Position numbers and translations under genes: made by a program
The notes under the pieces: model-generated
Told to the model about the DNA's origin: nothing
Databases searched by the model: none
What the model saw: only the letters and a program-made list of their open reading frames with translations
Assembly: GCA_041695225.1 (NCBI GenBank)
Contig: JBGFRI010000035.1
Coordinates: 73,594-137,593, forward strand
Source: Deinococcota bacterium
GTDB lineage: Bacteria; Deinococcota; Deinococci; Deinococcales; Thermaceae
DNA: 64,000 nt
Reading direction: 5' to 3'
Shown: positions 10,694-20,539 of the stretch, piece after piece
Layout: every line of letters starts with the position of its first letter
Position numbering within the stretch: position 1 is the stretch's first letter

Positions 10694-11968
10694 TCACGGA
10701 TACACTCCCCGTAAGCGGCTAGCCTCGTTGATACGCTCAACCGCCAGCGCATAGGCGCCAGTGCGTAGATCGCCCTTCAGAGGTCTGGCCCGCTCAAGTA
10801 CCGCCTGCAAGGTCTGGTGGATAAAGTCGCGTAACTTCTGCTGCACCTCACCCTCTTCAAAGAAGAGCATCGAGAGGTCTTGCACCCACTCCAGGTACGA
10901 GAGGACCAGCCCCCCACCGCTGGCCAGGATGTCCGGCACAACCTGGACACCCTGGAGCTTGAGAAAATACTCGGCCTCGGGGGTGATGGCGCCGTTGGCC
11001 CCTTCCAGCACCACCTTAGCGGCGATCTGCTGGGCGTTGTGCTCGTTGATTACGCCTTCCACTGCTGCTGGAACCAGATAGTCTACCTTTAGGGTCAGCA
11101 GCTCGTGATTGGTGAGGTGCCTGCCGCCAGGAAAACCAACTAGCTGCCCATGCTCGGCATAGTGCTGCTCGAGGGCAGCAACGTCCAGCCCTTCGGGATT
11201 ATGTGCGCCGCCCTGGCTGGTCGAGACTGCCACCACCTTCAGGCCTTCCCTGGTTGCGTATCGGGCCACCGCACTGCCCACCTGCCCAAAGCCCTGAATG
11301 GCAACGCTGGCCCCCTCTAGCGGCCAGCCATTGACCCGGGCCAGGTCGGATAGCATGTAAACCAGCCCCTGCCCACCGCCTTCGTCCTTGACCGCTACTC
11401 CTCCAAGCTGGGTGGGTTTGCCGGTTACGGCGCTCAGGGTAGTCTGGCCACGGGTCATGGCAAAGGTATCCTGGAACCAGGCCATAACGGTCTGGTTGGT
11501 GCCTACATCGGGGGCCAGTACATCTTCGTCTGGCCCGATCAGCTCGATGAGTTCGGTCACGTAGCGGCGCGAGACCCGCTCGAGCTCGCGCCGCGAGAGC
11601 TTGTCCGGGTCTACCACCACCCCTCCCGCCGACCCCCCAAAGGGCAGGCCAAACACCGCCGATTTCAGGGTCATCCAGGCGGCCATACCGCAGGTCTGGC
11701 CGAACCCTACCTGGGGGTGATAGCGCACCCCACCCAGGGCCGGGCCACGGGCCATATTGTGAATCACCCGGTAAGCGGTGAAATTGTGCACACGGCCATC
11801 ATCCATGACTACCGGCAGCGAGACCACCACCGTGCGTTTGGGGTGGGTCAGGTACTGGATGGTGGCAGGGTGAATTCTGGCTACCTTGATGGTGGCCTCG
11901 AGGCGGCGTAAAAAGCTCCCCCACAAGGATGCGTCCCCTGGGGGAGTATAGGCGTTTCTGAGTGGCAT
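10694..11968 (-). CDS. gdhA: glutamate dehydrogenase-like regulatory subunit
   Basis: GDH fold but GPALGG and GGSAGG lack the conserved lysines; tandem with gdhB as in Thermus. Confidence 0.85.
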   Translation of the reverse strand: MPLRNAYTPPGDASLWGSFLRRLEATIKVARIHPATIQYLTHPKRTVVVSLPVVMDDGRVHNFTAYRVIHNMARGPALGGVRYHPQVGFGQTCGMAAWMTLKSAVFGLPFGGSAGGVVVDPDKLSRRELERVSRRYVTELIELIGPDEDVLAPDVGTNQTVMAWFQDTFAMTRGQTTLSAVTGKPTQLGGVAVKDEGGGQGLVYMLSDLARVNGWPLEGASVAIQGFGQVGSAVARYATREGLKVVAVSTSQGGAHNPEGLDVAALEQHYAEHGQLVGFPGGRHLTNHELLTLKVDYLVPAAVEGVINEHNAQQIAAKVVLEGANGAITPEAEYFLKLQGVQVVPDILASGGGLVLSYLEWVQDLSMLFFEEGEVQQKLRDFIHQTLQAVLERARPLKGDLRTGAYALAVERINEASRLRGVYP

Positions 11969-12094
11969 TATGAAACCTCCTCTTCACAAGTCTCGGGGCC
12001 ATTCTGCCAGAAGCTGGCATGGGCGTTTGCCCCTAATTTCGTCGTCCATGAGTATACCCGGATGCTGGAGGTAACTAGGCTCCTTACCAAACTC

Positions 12095-12310
12095 GCCGAT
12101 AGCCGATAGCTGATAGCCAGTCGAAGGCTGAAAGCTAAAAGCCTAAAGCCGAAAGCTAAAAGCCTTAGGCCCTCAGCCTTCAGCCTTCGACCTGCGACTT
12201 GCGACCTGAGACCAACTTCTGACCTGCGACTTGCGACCTGCGACTGATTTTTGACCCTCGACCCTCGACCCTCGACCAACTTCTGACCTGCGATCCGAGA
12301 CCTGCGACAG
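12095..12310. repeat. composite heptamer repeat array
   Basis: GATAGCC/T, AAAGCT/C, CGACCTG/CGACTTG and CGACCCT units with 7-nt period. Confidence 0.9.
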
Positions 12311-12369
12311 CCTACTCAGTCTTATTGCCGACCCTCTGCCAGACCAGTTAGGCTGTAGCCGGTGATGGA

Positions 12370-12741
12370 ATGAGCGAAGCCCGCACACTTGAACTGGTCT
12401 TTCCCGAGCATGTCAACCCTGGCGGCAACGCCTTTGGTGGCTTCGTCATGGGCCTGATGGATAAGGTCGGCTCGTATGCCGCTATCCGGCGCGCGCGCAA
12501 ATCTTGTGTGACGGTGCGGGTGAGCGAGGTGGTGTTTGAAGTGCCCATCAAGATGGGAGACCTGCTGGAAGTGGTGGCCAGAGTAGTGCGGGTGGGCCGT
12601 ACCTCGCTTACGGTCGAGGTGGAGGTCTACCGCGAAAACCTGCGCGAGTCCAAGGTGCTGGCCACCAAAGGCAACCTGATCTATGTGGCCGTGGACGAAC
12701 AGGGCCGGCCCACGCCGGTGGATGGGGGGTCAGAGCGGTAG
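12370..12741 (+). CDS. acyl-CoA thioesterase (hotdog fold)
   Basis: VFPEHVNPGGNAFGG..MD and VGRTSL motifs. Confidence 0.9.
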   Translation: MSEARTLELVFPEHVNPGGNAFGGFVMGLMDKVGSYAAIRRARKSCVTVRVSEVVFEVPIKMGDLLEVVARVVRVGRTSLTVEVEVYRENLRESKVLATKGNLIYVAVDEQGRPTPVDGGSER

Positions 12742-13392
12742 GGACTCGAGTTCCCCCAGGCTTTCCAGCGTCCAGTCGGGCTGGGGAGCATGGGTCTCAG
12801 GGGCCAGGCCCCATCGGTTGCACCAGGCTACCCTGAAACCAAAGGCCCTGGCCCCGGCCACATCCCAGCCACTAGACGAAACGAAAACAATCTCCTGGGG
12901 AACAGCAAAGAAAGCCCGGACGGCCAGGTCGTAGACTTTTGGGCTGGGTTTGTAGGCTTTGGTGGCCTCGGCGCTCAGAAGATGGGTGAAGTAGTTTAGC
13001 AAGCGGTTGTGTTGTACCACCTCGCCCAACATTTCCTCGCTGCCGTTGGAGAGAATTGCCAGCGGATAGCGGACCGACAAGCGCGACAAAACCGCCCGTA
13101 CCTCCGGGTAGGTGGGTAGGGTCAGGTAACCTTGCATCAGCTGCTCCTGCTGCGCTGTATCGAGTGGCAGTAAGAGAGCAGAACAAGCATGATAGAGCCC
13201 CAGCCGGGTGATGGTCCAGAAGTCCTGATACTGGCCCATGAGCGACAGTAGCCAGGAGTACTCGAGCTGCTTCCTGCGCCACAACTCCGCAAGCGCCGCA
13301 CCCTGGCCAGGAAGGATAATCTCACACTCGCGGCTCAAATACTGTAGATCAAACAAGGTTCCATACGCATCGAAGACCACTGCTCTGGGCAT
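12730..13392 (-). CDS. haloacid dehalogenase type II (HAD hydrolase)
   Basis: FDAYGTLFD, WRRKQLEYSW, LSNG, YKP and VSS..WD motifs. Confidence 0.9.
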   Translation of the reverse strand: MPRAVVFDAYGTLFDLQYLSRECEIILPGQGAALAELWRRKQLEYSWLLSLMGQYQDFWTITRLGLYHACSALLLPLDTAQQEQLMQGYLTLPTYPEVRAVLSRLSVRYPLAILSNGSEEMLGEVVQHNRLLNYFTHLLSAEATKAYKPSPKVYDLAVRAFFAVPQEIVFVSSSGWDVAGARAFGFRVAWCNRWGLAPETHAPQPDWTLESLGELESLPL

Positions 13393-13406
13393 ACTTTAGG
13401 TTAGCA

Positions 13407-13598
13407 AAAGCCGATAGCTAATAGCCCATAGCTTATAGTCAATAGCCGATAGTCAATAGCCGATAGTCAATAGCCGATAGTCAATAGCCGATAGTCGATA
13501 GCCGATAGTCAATAGCCGATAGTCGATAGCCGATAGTCGATAGCCGATAGTCGATAGCCGATAGCCAATAGCTGATAGCTTTTGACCTGCGACCCGAG
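13407..13598. repeat. long ATAGCCG/ATAGTCA/ATAGTCG heptamer array ending in a TTTTGACCTGCGACCCGAG cassette
   Basis: More than 20 consecutive 7-nt units. Confidence 0.95.
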
Positions 13599-13982
13599 AT
13601 GTGAGGCATTCTATTAAATGTTGGCAACCCAGATCAATGCTAGGTTTGGGTAGCCACGAGGGCACCTGCCCCGACAGCAGGAAGGTAGCCACCTTAGCCG
13701 TACGGGCTCAAGGTGATTTGATTCGTTAGCTCTGAGTCTGGTCGCGCGGGGGCCAAGGTTGGTCAGGGCACACCAGGCCTGCGAACCGAAGCGGCGTCAG
13801 ACCATCTGGCTCCAGGTCGCAGGCGCACCCAGGACGCTGTCTGAGGCCCCGCAGCTTCTACTTTTCAAGCTTGCCAGGCCTCACCTCCCCCGAAAACTTG
13901 GGATGGCGTCTATCGGAACTCTGGCAGAAATTGCCATATCTAGCCCAGTAGCCAGCCTGCCCTGCTATCATGTCGGGGTTAT

Positions 13983-14948
13983 ATGGTGGTACTGCCTACC
14001 CCCGAAAACCTAAAGCGGGCTGCCCAGATCATCCGCGGCGGCGGGCTGGTGGCTTTTCCTACCGAGACTGTTTACGGCCTGGGTGCCAGTGCACTCAATG
14101 CTATGGCGGTGGCCAAAATCTTTGAAGTTAAACAGCGCCCAAGCTTTGACCCTTTGATTGCTCACGTGTCGGACCGGAACATGTTGCAGAAAGTTGTGCA
14201 GGAGATTCCGGGGATGGCCGAGAGGCTGATGGAGCGCTTCTGGCCCGGCCCCCTGACTCTGGTGTTGGCAAAATCCGATCTGGTTCCCGGCATCGTGACC
14301 TCGGGCCTGCCGACGGTGGCGGTGCGGATGCCCTCCCACCCGGTGGCCCTGGAGCTAATTGGGCGGGCAGGGGTGCCGGTGGCTGCGCCCAGCGCCAATC
14401 CTTTTGGCTATCTGAGCCCAACCAGGGCCGAGCATGTCGAGCGCATGCTGGGTGAACGGGTAGACCTGATCCTGGATGGGGGAAGGTCGGAGCATGGCCT
14501 TGAATCTACCATCGTATTGCTGGCGGAAAAACCCGTCTTGCTGCGCTACGGCGCGGTGGCGGTGGAAGAGCTGGAAAAAGTGCTGGGTTCGTTGGAGTTG
14601 CAGGTGGCGGAGAGCGAACGACCCCTGGTCCCGGGCCAGCTGCCCCAGCACTATGCACCACTTACTCCCATTCAGATCGCCTCTCCAGAATCCGTACCAG
14701 CAGGGCTTCGGAAACGGGCGGGCTGTCTGGCCTTCCAGCGAGTGCCAAAGGGTTTCAAAGTAGTCAAGGTGTTGTCCCCCACGGGTGACTTGCGAGAAGC
14801 GGCGGCGCATTTATTTGAAGCACTGCATCAGCTCGACCGGCTGGGCTTAGAGGTGATCTATGCCGAGCCGACGCCCGAGGAGGGGCTGGGCCGGGCTATC
14901 ATGGATCGTTTGCGGCGGGCCTCCAAAAAGGGCAAGGACCGAATTTGA
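13983..14948 (+). CDS. sua5: L-threonylcarbamoyladenylate synthase (Sua5/TsaC2)
   Basis: FPTETVYGL, K.RP..DPLI.H, FWPGPLT, APSAN, PGQL..HYAP and AIMDRL. Confidence 0.93.
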   Translation: MVVLPTPENLKRAAQIIRGGGLVAFPTETVYGLGASALNAMAVAKIFEVKQRPSFDPLIAHVSDRNMLQKVVQEIPGMAERLMERFWPGPLTLVLAKSDLVPGIVTSGLPTVAVRMPSHPVALELIGRAGVPVAAPSANPFGYLSPTRAEHVERMLGERVDLILDGGRSEHGLESTIVLLAEKPVLLRYGAVAVEELEKVLGSLELQVAESERPLVPGQLPQHYAPLTPIQIASPESVPAGLRKRAGCLAFQRVPKGFKVVKVLSPTGDLREAAAHLFEALHQLDRLGLEVIYAEPTPEEGLGRAIMDRLRRASKKGKDRI

Positions 14949-14980
14949 GATAGCGAGCACCCAGCCTGCCTGTCCCACCT

Positions 14981-15592
14981 CTAACCGCGGTGCCGCTCGA
15001 GCTGAACCAGTCGCATGACTGCCAGCTGGGTAAAACCCTCCCATTCCTCGGGTACGGCCTCGATGGGCTCGAGTAGAAACCGGCGCTCGAAGAAGGAGCG
15101 CTGTTTGCGGATGCGGTAGCGGTTGTGGCCGTAGGAGTCGGCTACCAGATAGGTTGGGTTGAGGAAGTACATGACTGCCCAGTCAATGACCCAGCCAACA
15201 AGCGGAATTTGATCAATAAAACCCGCGATGCCTTCTATAACCTTGATCCAGGGGTTTTCTTCCTTTACGTAGTAGATAATGTTGCCCTGGGCATCCCTAA
15301 CAAAGTAGCGGGTACGCCACAACGAGTTCCAGCCGTCATTCTCGACGCTGCCCACCAGCTGCCCGGCGGCATCTTTGATCAGGTGCTTGGCCCCAAAGCC
15401 CACCACCCGGTCGGCCTCGAGGGTGTATAGCAGCTGGCTCTTGCTTCTATCGGCAAAGACCGAGGTGGCCTCGCGCAGGGTGAAAATCTTCTGCTTGAAG
15501 GTAAGTAAATTCCGCCCAGAGGCGTCCTCGAGGTGCAGCTCGGGCGAGAAAGAAAAAATGGGCCACTTGACCTCCCAGGGATAGCTACTCAT
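14981..15592 (-). CDS. LURP-one/scramblase-like protein
   Basis: Repeated D..G..L...KQK.F..RE pattern; family assignment by eye. Confidence 0.6.
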   Translation of the reverse strand: MSSYPWEVKWPIFSFSPELHLEDASGRNLLTFKQKIFTLREATSVFADRSKSQLLYTLEADRVVGFGAKHLIKDAAGQLVGSVENDGWNSLWRTRYFVRDAQGNIIYYVKEENPWIKVIEGIAGFIDQIPLVGWVIDWAVMYFLNPTYLVADSYGHNRYRIRKQRSFFERRFLLEPIEAVPEEWEGFTQLAVMRLVQLERHRG

Positions 15593-15704
15593 AACCACAA
15601 GCTTAACCGCCGGTTGTCTGGTGGAGTTAATAAACCACCAAGTTAAGAGTGAAAAAGGTTACACCGGGCTAGCAAGGTAAGGCTTGTTACCTTTGGCCCA
15701 GGGC

Positions 15705-16328
15705 CTAGCCCCTGGTGGCCAGGCCTGCAATGTGTGGGCCGGCGATGGGAAGCGGGATGGTGAACTCCTCCACCTGTAACCGGGAAAAACCGGCCTGCTG
15801 TAGCTTGGGTAGAATCTCGCGATTGGGGTGGCAGCCATCGCCAACCATGCGCCAGACCGGGGTGATGAGGTCTTGCAGCACGCGGGCGGGGCTGCCCCTG
15901 GGAGCCGCCACATGCTCGATAAAGGCAAACTGCCCACCGGGCCTGAGTACCCGCTGAATTTCTGCAAGGGTCTGTTCCAGGCTTCGCACCGAACACAGTA
16001 CCAGGCTGCTCACTACCGCATCGGCAGAGCAGTCTGCCAGGGGAATTTGCTCCGAGCCCTCCCCCAGTAACTCAATCGCCAGACCCAGCCTGCGGGCTTC
16101 CTGGCGTAGATACGGGTGCATGTGCAGGTTGGGCTCGAGGCCAATCCAGCGAATCTCTGGGCGAAAAAAAGCCAAATTGGCTCCCGTGCCGGGGCCAATT
16201 TCCAGCACCGTACCCTGCAAGCCCCCAAACAAGGCACGCTTGTGGCGGTAGACCAACTGCCCGTGGGCCGGGCCGGCCTTGCTCATGGCCCAGGCAAAAC
16301 AACGTGCGTACCAGCCTTGCTTGGTCAT
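15705..16328 (-). CDS. class I SAM-dependent methyltransferase (METTL7-like)
   Basis: VLEIGPGTG, LVLCSV, LRPGG...FIEHV and DGCH motifs. Confidence 0.9.
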   Translation of the reverse strand: MTKQGWYARCFAWAMSKAGPAHGQLVYRHKRALFGGLQGTVLEIGPGTGANLAFFRPEIRWIGLEPNLHMHPYLRQEARRLGLAIELLGEGSEQIPLADCSADAVVSSLVLCSVRSLEQTLAEIQRVLRPGGQFAFIEHVAAPRGSPARVLQDLITPVWRMVGDGCHPNREILPKLQQAGFSRLQVEEFTIPLPIAGPHIAGLATRG

Positions 16329-16438
16329 GGCCTAAGCGTACCGCTTTCATGCGCCAGCAGGTGTGCTGGCTGACCCCTTGAAGGAAAGGCAGTCGAGCCG
16401 CCTGACCACACTCTGCAAGGGCTGGCTATAACAGCTAG

Positions 16439-16837
16439 CTAATTGAGCGTGCGCGACTGGGGTTGCGGAAGCCGCAGGGCAAAGGCTGGAATTTCCACGC
16501 GGAACAGCTCGCCCAGGGTGTTCTGGAAGGTGTAATACCCCTGCATCCAACCCGGTGGGTGGGCGATGGGGCAAAAGCTGTTGTATTGATAGCTCTGCCC
16601 AGGCTCCAGGATGGGTTTTTCGCCTACAACCCCCTCGCCCTGCACATGTCCCACCTCGCCACTGCCGTCGTGGATGAACCATTCGCGGCTCAAAAGCTGA
16701 ACGGTCTGGTGACCCCGGTTTTCCAGGGTAATGAAGTAGATGAAAACATGCTGCCCGGGCCTCGAGTGTTGCTCGGCATACACCACCTCCACGCTGATGT
16801 GGATGCTATCGCGGATAGGCAGGTTTGCTGATTGCAT
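16439..16837 (-). CDS. apaG: ApaG protein
   Basis: VQLLSREW.I.D, V.GEGVVGEKP and G.MQG.Y motifs. Confidence 0.92.
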   Translation of the reverse strand: MQSANLPIRDSIHISVEVVYAEQHSRPGQHVFIYFITLENRGHQTVQLLSREWFIHDGSGEVGHVQGEGVVGEKPILEPGQSYQYNSFCPIAHPPGWMQGYYTFQNTLGELFRVEIPAFALRLPQPQSRTLN

Positions 16838-16940
16838 CCTATTAGCATAAGCGCTCAGAGGTTTTGAAAATGAATGCTGTAGCGGAAATACCAGTTTGTA
16901 TCGGGAGCCCTGCTTGCTGAGCGGGTTGGGCCAGAAAGAG

Positions 16941-17028
16941 CTATGGACTGGACAATGGATTGGCCGGGGATGCGGGTGAGTAATCTATAGACTGAACAAT
17001 AGGGTGGCCGGGGATGGGGGAGATTAAT
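16941..17028. repeat. degenerate 44-bp tandem duplication
   Basis: 16941-16984 vs 16985-17028 match at 36 of 44 positions. Confidence 0.8.
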
Positions 17029-17058
17029 CTAATCGGTTTTTGACCGGTAAGCAGCGCT

Positions 17059-18216
17059 TTACAGCGGGTCATCCTGAAACAGGACTGTTTTGAGATACAG
17101 CGATTCTGGCACATGCAGGCTCCAGGGGTGGTCGGAGGGATTGTAGTGGATGGTATGTATCCTCAGGCGACGGCCTTCATCGGCGGCGGCGCGACGGGTG
17201 ACCTCGAGCAGCTCCTCCACCCCCAGGTAGTAAGCACAGCTCGATAGCCAAAGCCATCCTTCCCGGTCCAGTAGCCGCAGGGCGGGCCGCAGTAAGTCCA
17301 CCAGCAGTCGTTTGACCCTGGGTAGCTGGTCGGGTTTTTTGACCAGGGTGGGGGGGTCGAGCAGCACCTGCTGGAAGGGTGGGGTTTTGCTCCGGGCCAG
17401 GTTTTCCAGCACTTCAAGGGCGTCTCCCTGGCGAATATCCACCCGCAAGCCGTGGCTCGAAGCGGTGCGGTCCAGCACCCCCAGTGCGTCCAGGTCTTTG
17501 TCCACCGCCAGCGCATAGGCCCCCTTGCGGGCAGCCCGCAGCGCAAAGGCCCCCACGTAGCTGTACACGTCCAGCACCCGCTGGCCCGGCTGGGTCATCT
17601 GCTCGAGTAGCCTGCGGTTCTCGCGCTGGTCCAGGTAGTAGCCGGTTTTTTGTGCTAACCCTAGCGGGATAGAAAAGACCAGCCCGTCCTCACACACTTC
17701 CAGCGTCTGCGGCGCCTCGCCATAGATAGCCCCCACCTTCTCTGGCAGCCCCTCCTGCCGCCGGCTATCGGTGTCGGACCGTTCGTAGATGCCAGTGGGC
17801 TGAGTCGCCTCGATAAGGACCGGTAGCCAAACTTCCCGTAGGGCCTCCATGGCCCGGTTGCGCACCTGTACTACCAGTACCCCACCATAGCGATCCACCA
17901 CCAGCCCTGGCAGACCATCGGCTTCGGCGTGTACCAGGCGGTGAAATTCGCCTAGCCTGGCCCGTTTTTCCTTGGCCCGCCCGAAGCGTTGGAGGAAGAA
18001 TTTCTTGTCCAGTGGACCGTCGTCAAAGCGGTAGACCCGCACTGCTGCTCGGCTGCCTGGGTCGAAGTAGCCCACGCCCAGGAAGTCGTTTTCACTGGAA
18101 AAAACCCGTACAATTCCCGCCCCCTGCGGCGCCGATTCCAGTTCGTCGGCGAACAACCCCGGATAGAAATTGCGCACCTTTTTGTCTTTGCCAGGCTTGG
18201 CGATGACCCTTTGCAC
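17059..18216 (-). CDS. RlmI-like SAM-dependent rRNA methyltransferase
   Basis: [33 protein letters not shown] and YLK motifs. Confidence 0.88.
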   Translation of the reverse strand: MQRVIAKPGKDKKVRNFYPGLFADELESAPQGAGIVRVFSSENDFLGVGYFDPGSRAAVRVYRFDDGPLDKKFFLQRFGRAKEKRARLGEFHRLVHAEADGLPGLVVDRYGGVLVVQVRNRAMEALREVWLPVLIEATQPTGIYERSDTDSRRQEGLPEKVGAIYGEAPQTLEVCEDGLVFSIPLGLAQKTGYYLDQRENRRLLEQMTQPGQRVLDVYSYVGAFALRAARKGAYALAVDKDLDALGVLDRTASSHGLRVDIRQGDALEVLENLARSKTPPFQQVLLDPPTLVKKPDQLPRVKRLLVDLLRPALRLLDREGWLWLSSCAYYLGVEELLEVTRRAAADEGRRLRIHTIHYNPSDHPWSLHVPESLYLKTVLFQDDPL

Positions 18217-18459
18217 TTACTTGAGCATAAAGGAAAAAATCCCCCGAGCTGGTGGGTGGAGGGAATTTAGCCTGCGTAGTACGGCTTGGCCCCCAGAGTG
18301 TGCTCAGTGTTCGTTACACTCTCGTGCGGGGCTCTATGCAGGGTGGTGGGTTGCGCACTAGGCGCGGTCTGAGGTCTGTAGATCTTGGTGAGTGCTTCTG
18401 CAGCTGTCGCGTTGAAAAGCTGGCCAAATCGCTCGCTGCAACGTTTTAGCCCTTGGACA

Positions 18460-18642
18460 GGCGCACCCTTAGAGCTGGTGGTAGAACGTATGGGACATGC
18501 TAATCGGAAAATCGCCTTAGGCGTTTACCGCCAACTGTTACAACACGAACACAAGGGCTGGGTGATTGACCGCGAAGACTTGCTGAAGAATGTCGCAGGT
18601 CTCAAGTCACAGGTCCCAGGTCTTTTGACATGCGACACGTGA
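18460..18642 (+). pseudogene. tyrosine integrase C-terminal remnant
   Basis: GAPLELVVERMGHANRKIALGVYRQLL resembles box II (GH...catalytic Y); no upstream domains; points at the tRNA 3' end. Confidence 0.7.
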
Positions 18643-18657
18643 CATGCGACGTTGTAT

Positions 18658-18734
18658 TGGTGGGCCGTGCAGGACTTGAACCCGCGACCTGGCGATTATG
18701 AGTCGCTTGCTCTGACCAACTGAGCTAACGGCCC
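18658..18734 (-). tRNA. tRNA with CAT anticodon, most likely tRNA-Ile2 (lysidine type)
   Basis: GGGCCGTTAGCTCAGTTGGTCAGAGCAAGCGACTCATAATCGCCAGGTCGCGGGTTCAAGTCCTGCACGGCCCACCA; 77 nt with encoded CCA; anticodon arm GCGACTCATAATCGC is Ile2-like. Confidence 0.95.
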
Positions 18735-18777
18735 CCGCTCACTGCAAAGGCCAGTTTAGCTGGTTTGTTTGAATTGC

Positions 18778-19284
18778 TCAACGCTGGGTCGGAGGGGGTT
18801 TGTCTTTGCTGACCACCTGATCTTCGAGTTCACCGATGTAGGCGGCCAGGGTATTGCCGGCCTTTTCGATATCCTCGCGCAGCTCGTGTTCTACCCGGTC
18901 AATGCGCTCGATCACCGCTTGCAGCCTGGACTCGAGCCCTGCCTGGTTTTGGGCCTTAAGCTGCACCAGCTCTGCTTCGAGCCACTTTTTCAACTCGGAA
19001 AACCGGCTGGACTCGGCCTCGTCGGCCAGCTTACGGGTCGCAAGTAGCTCACGGGCATATTTCTTGACCTCCAGCAGTGCGGCGGTCTCGAGCCCCACCG
19101 TGTACATGAAATAAACCGCTACTAGCAGCCCCATGATGACCAGCATCACCACGCCAAAAGGTGCGGTCACCTGAGTGAAAACCAGCGAAAGCGTTTCATA
19201 CTCGCTAAAGACAGCCCAGTTCCGCCAGGCGAAAACCGCCATCACGATAATCAGAACCAACAAAAAGACATTTCGTCCCCGCAT
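18778..19284 (-). CDS. LapA/DUF1049-like membrane protein with coiled-coil tail
   Basis: Two N-terminal TM segments around an N...LSL.F....P motif. Confidence 0.65.
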   Translation of the reverse strand: MRGRNVFLLVLIIVMAVFAWRNWAVFSEYETLSLVFTQVTAPFGVVMLVIMGLLVAVYFMYTVGLETAALLEVKKYARELLATRKLADEAESSRFSELKKWLEAELVQLKAQNQAGLESRLQAVIERIDRVEHELREDIEKAGNTLAAYIGELEDQVVSKDKPPPTQR

Positions 19285-19401
19285 CTTTAGCCTCGAACGG
19301 GATTATATCCTCATCCAACCAAGTACACATCAACCGTAACAGGTATTTTTGACACAGCGCAGAAATACTCAAAACAAATATGTTGTAAACAGATAATGCA
19401 C

Positions 19402-20145
19402 CTAGGCCAGGATGGGTGGTGACTGGTTAGCATCCTCGGTCAGGCGCAGGAAGAACTCTTCCAGGTTTGCGCTGCCGTGTTGATGGAGGAGATCTTTGGG
19501 GGAACCCAGGGCCAGCAGACTGCCCCGGTGCACCAGGGCTACCCGATCGGCGACCTGCTCTGCAAGGTGGAGCTGGTGGGTAGCGTACAAGACCGCTCGA
19601 CCATTTCTGGAATAGCCGTGCAGCAGGTCTTTGACCAGTCGCGCCGCGTGAGGGTCGAGCCCTACCATTGGTTCATCCAGAATGAGCGCTTGCGGGGTGT
19701 GCAGTAGACTCATGGCCAGCGAGAGCTTCTGCCGCATTCCGTGCGAATAGGTCTCGATCAGGGAAGAAGCAAAGCGATCCAGGCGAAACTGCACCAGCAA
19801 CTCTTCGATTCGGGCCTCGGCTTTTGCCGGGGGTAGCCGGTAGACCCCGGCGGCAAAGCGCAGGAGTTCGAGCCCCGAGAGTTTGCCGTACAGGTAGGGC
19901 CGGTCCGGTACATAGCCAAACTGGGCCTTGGCCCGCACGGGGTCTTTCCACACATCCACCCCGTTTACCAGCGCCCGGCCTCGGCTGGGGCGCAGCAAGC
20001 CTACCAGGGCCTTGAGGGTGGTGCTTTTTCCGGCGCCATTGGGGCCCAGCAGGGCCAGGGTCTCGCCGGGGCGAACCTCGAGACATAGCCCGTCCAGGGC
20101 CACAAAGTTACCGTACCTCTTGCTGAGGTCTTCGAGCAGGATCAT
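19402..20145 (-). CDS. ABC transporter ATP-binding protein
   Basis: GPNGAGKST, YSHGMRQK and LILDEP; start moved to ATG 20145 because the longer ORF is translated repeat. Confidence 0.9.
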   Translation of the reverse strand: MILLEDLSKRYGNFVALDGLCLEVRPGETLALLGPNGAGKSTTLKALVGLLRPSRGRALVNGVDVWKDPVRAKAQFGYVPDRPYLYGKLSGLELLRFAAGVYRLPPAKAEARIEELLVQFRLDRFASSLIETYSHGMRQKLSLAMSLLHTPQALILDEPMVGLDPHAARLVKDLLHGYSRNGRAVLYATHQLHLAEQVADRVALVHRGSLLALGSPKDLLHQHGSANLEEFFLRLTEDANQSPPILA

Positions 20146-20156
20146 CCCCACAATTA

Positions 20157-20530
20157 AAAGGTCGCAAGTCACAAGTCGCAGGTCGCAAGTCACAAGTCGC
20201 AGGTCGCAAGTCACAAGTCGCAGGTCGCAAGTCACAAGTCGCCAGTCGCAGGTCGCAAGTCACAAGTCGCAGGACGAAGGACGAAGGACGCACGACGAAG
20301 GTCGAGGCACAGAGCCAGACATCTGCGCTGAATGGGCGGCGAAGCAAACACCTGACGCTCAACGAGCGGCCTGACCTGCGAGATTTTATTAGCCGATAGC
20401 TAATAGCTGATAGCTTCTGACCTGCGACCCGAGACCTGCGACTAAAAAGGTCGAAGGTCAAAAGTCGAAAGTCAAAAGACCTTCGACGTTAAACCTTCGA
20501 CGTTAGACCTGGGACCCGAGACCTGCGACT
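20157..20530. repeat. large composite heptamer repeat region
   Basis: (GTCGCAA GTCACAA GTCGCAG)n, GACGAAG units, then a GATAGC + GACCTGC cassette and a GTCGAAG/CTTCGAC inverted set. Confidence 0.95.
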
Positions 20531-20539
20531 GATTACGGG

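Noticed and set aside
11968..12388. ORFs over the heptamer array (also 13453-13692, 20108-20461, 21890-22075)
   Set aside because: Periodic peptides such as LSAIGYR and TCDLRP are translations of 7-nt DNA repeats, with no RBS or domain
13407..13598. CRISPR array (also considered for 16941-17028 and 20157-20530)
   Set aside because: No unique spacers between repeats and no cas genes in the window
13620..13960. SRP RNA or riboswitch in the HAD-sua5 gap
   Set aside because: Local hairpins exist, but the SRP core (CAGG..CGGAAG..AGCAG) and riboswitch signatures are absent
18250..18357. Possible second att copies of the tRNA 3' end (TGGTGGG at 18250 and 18344)
   Set aside because: Only 7-nt exact matches in G-rich DNA; not distinguishable from chance
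20146..20235. MTCDLRLV... N-terminal extension of the ABC ATPase
   Set aside because: Repeat-derived; the domain begins at MILLEDL
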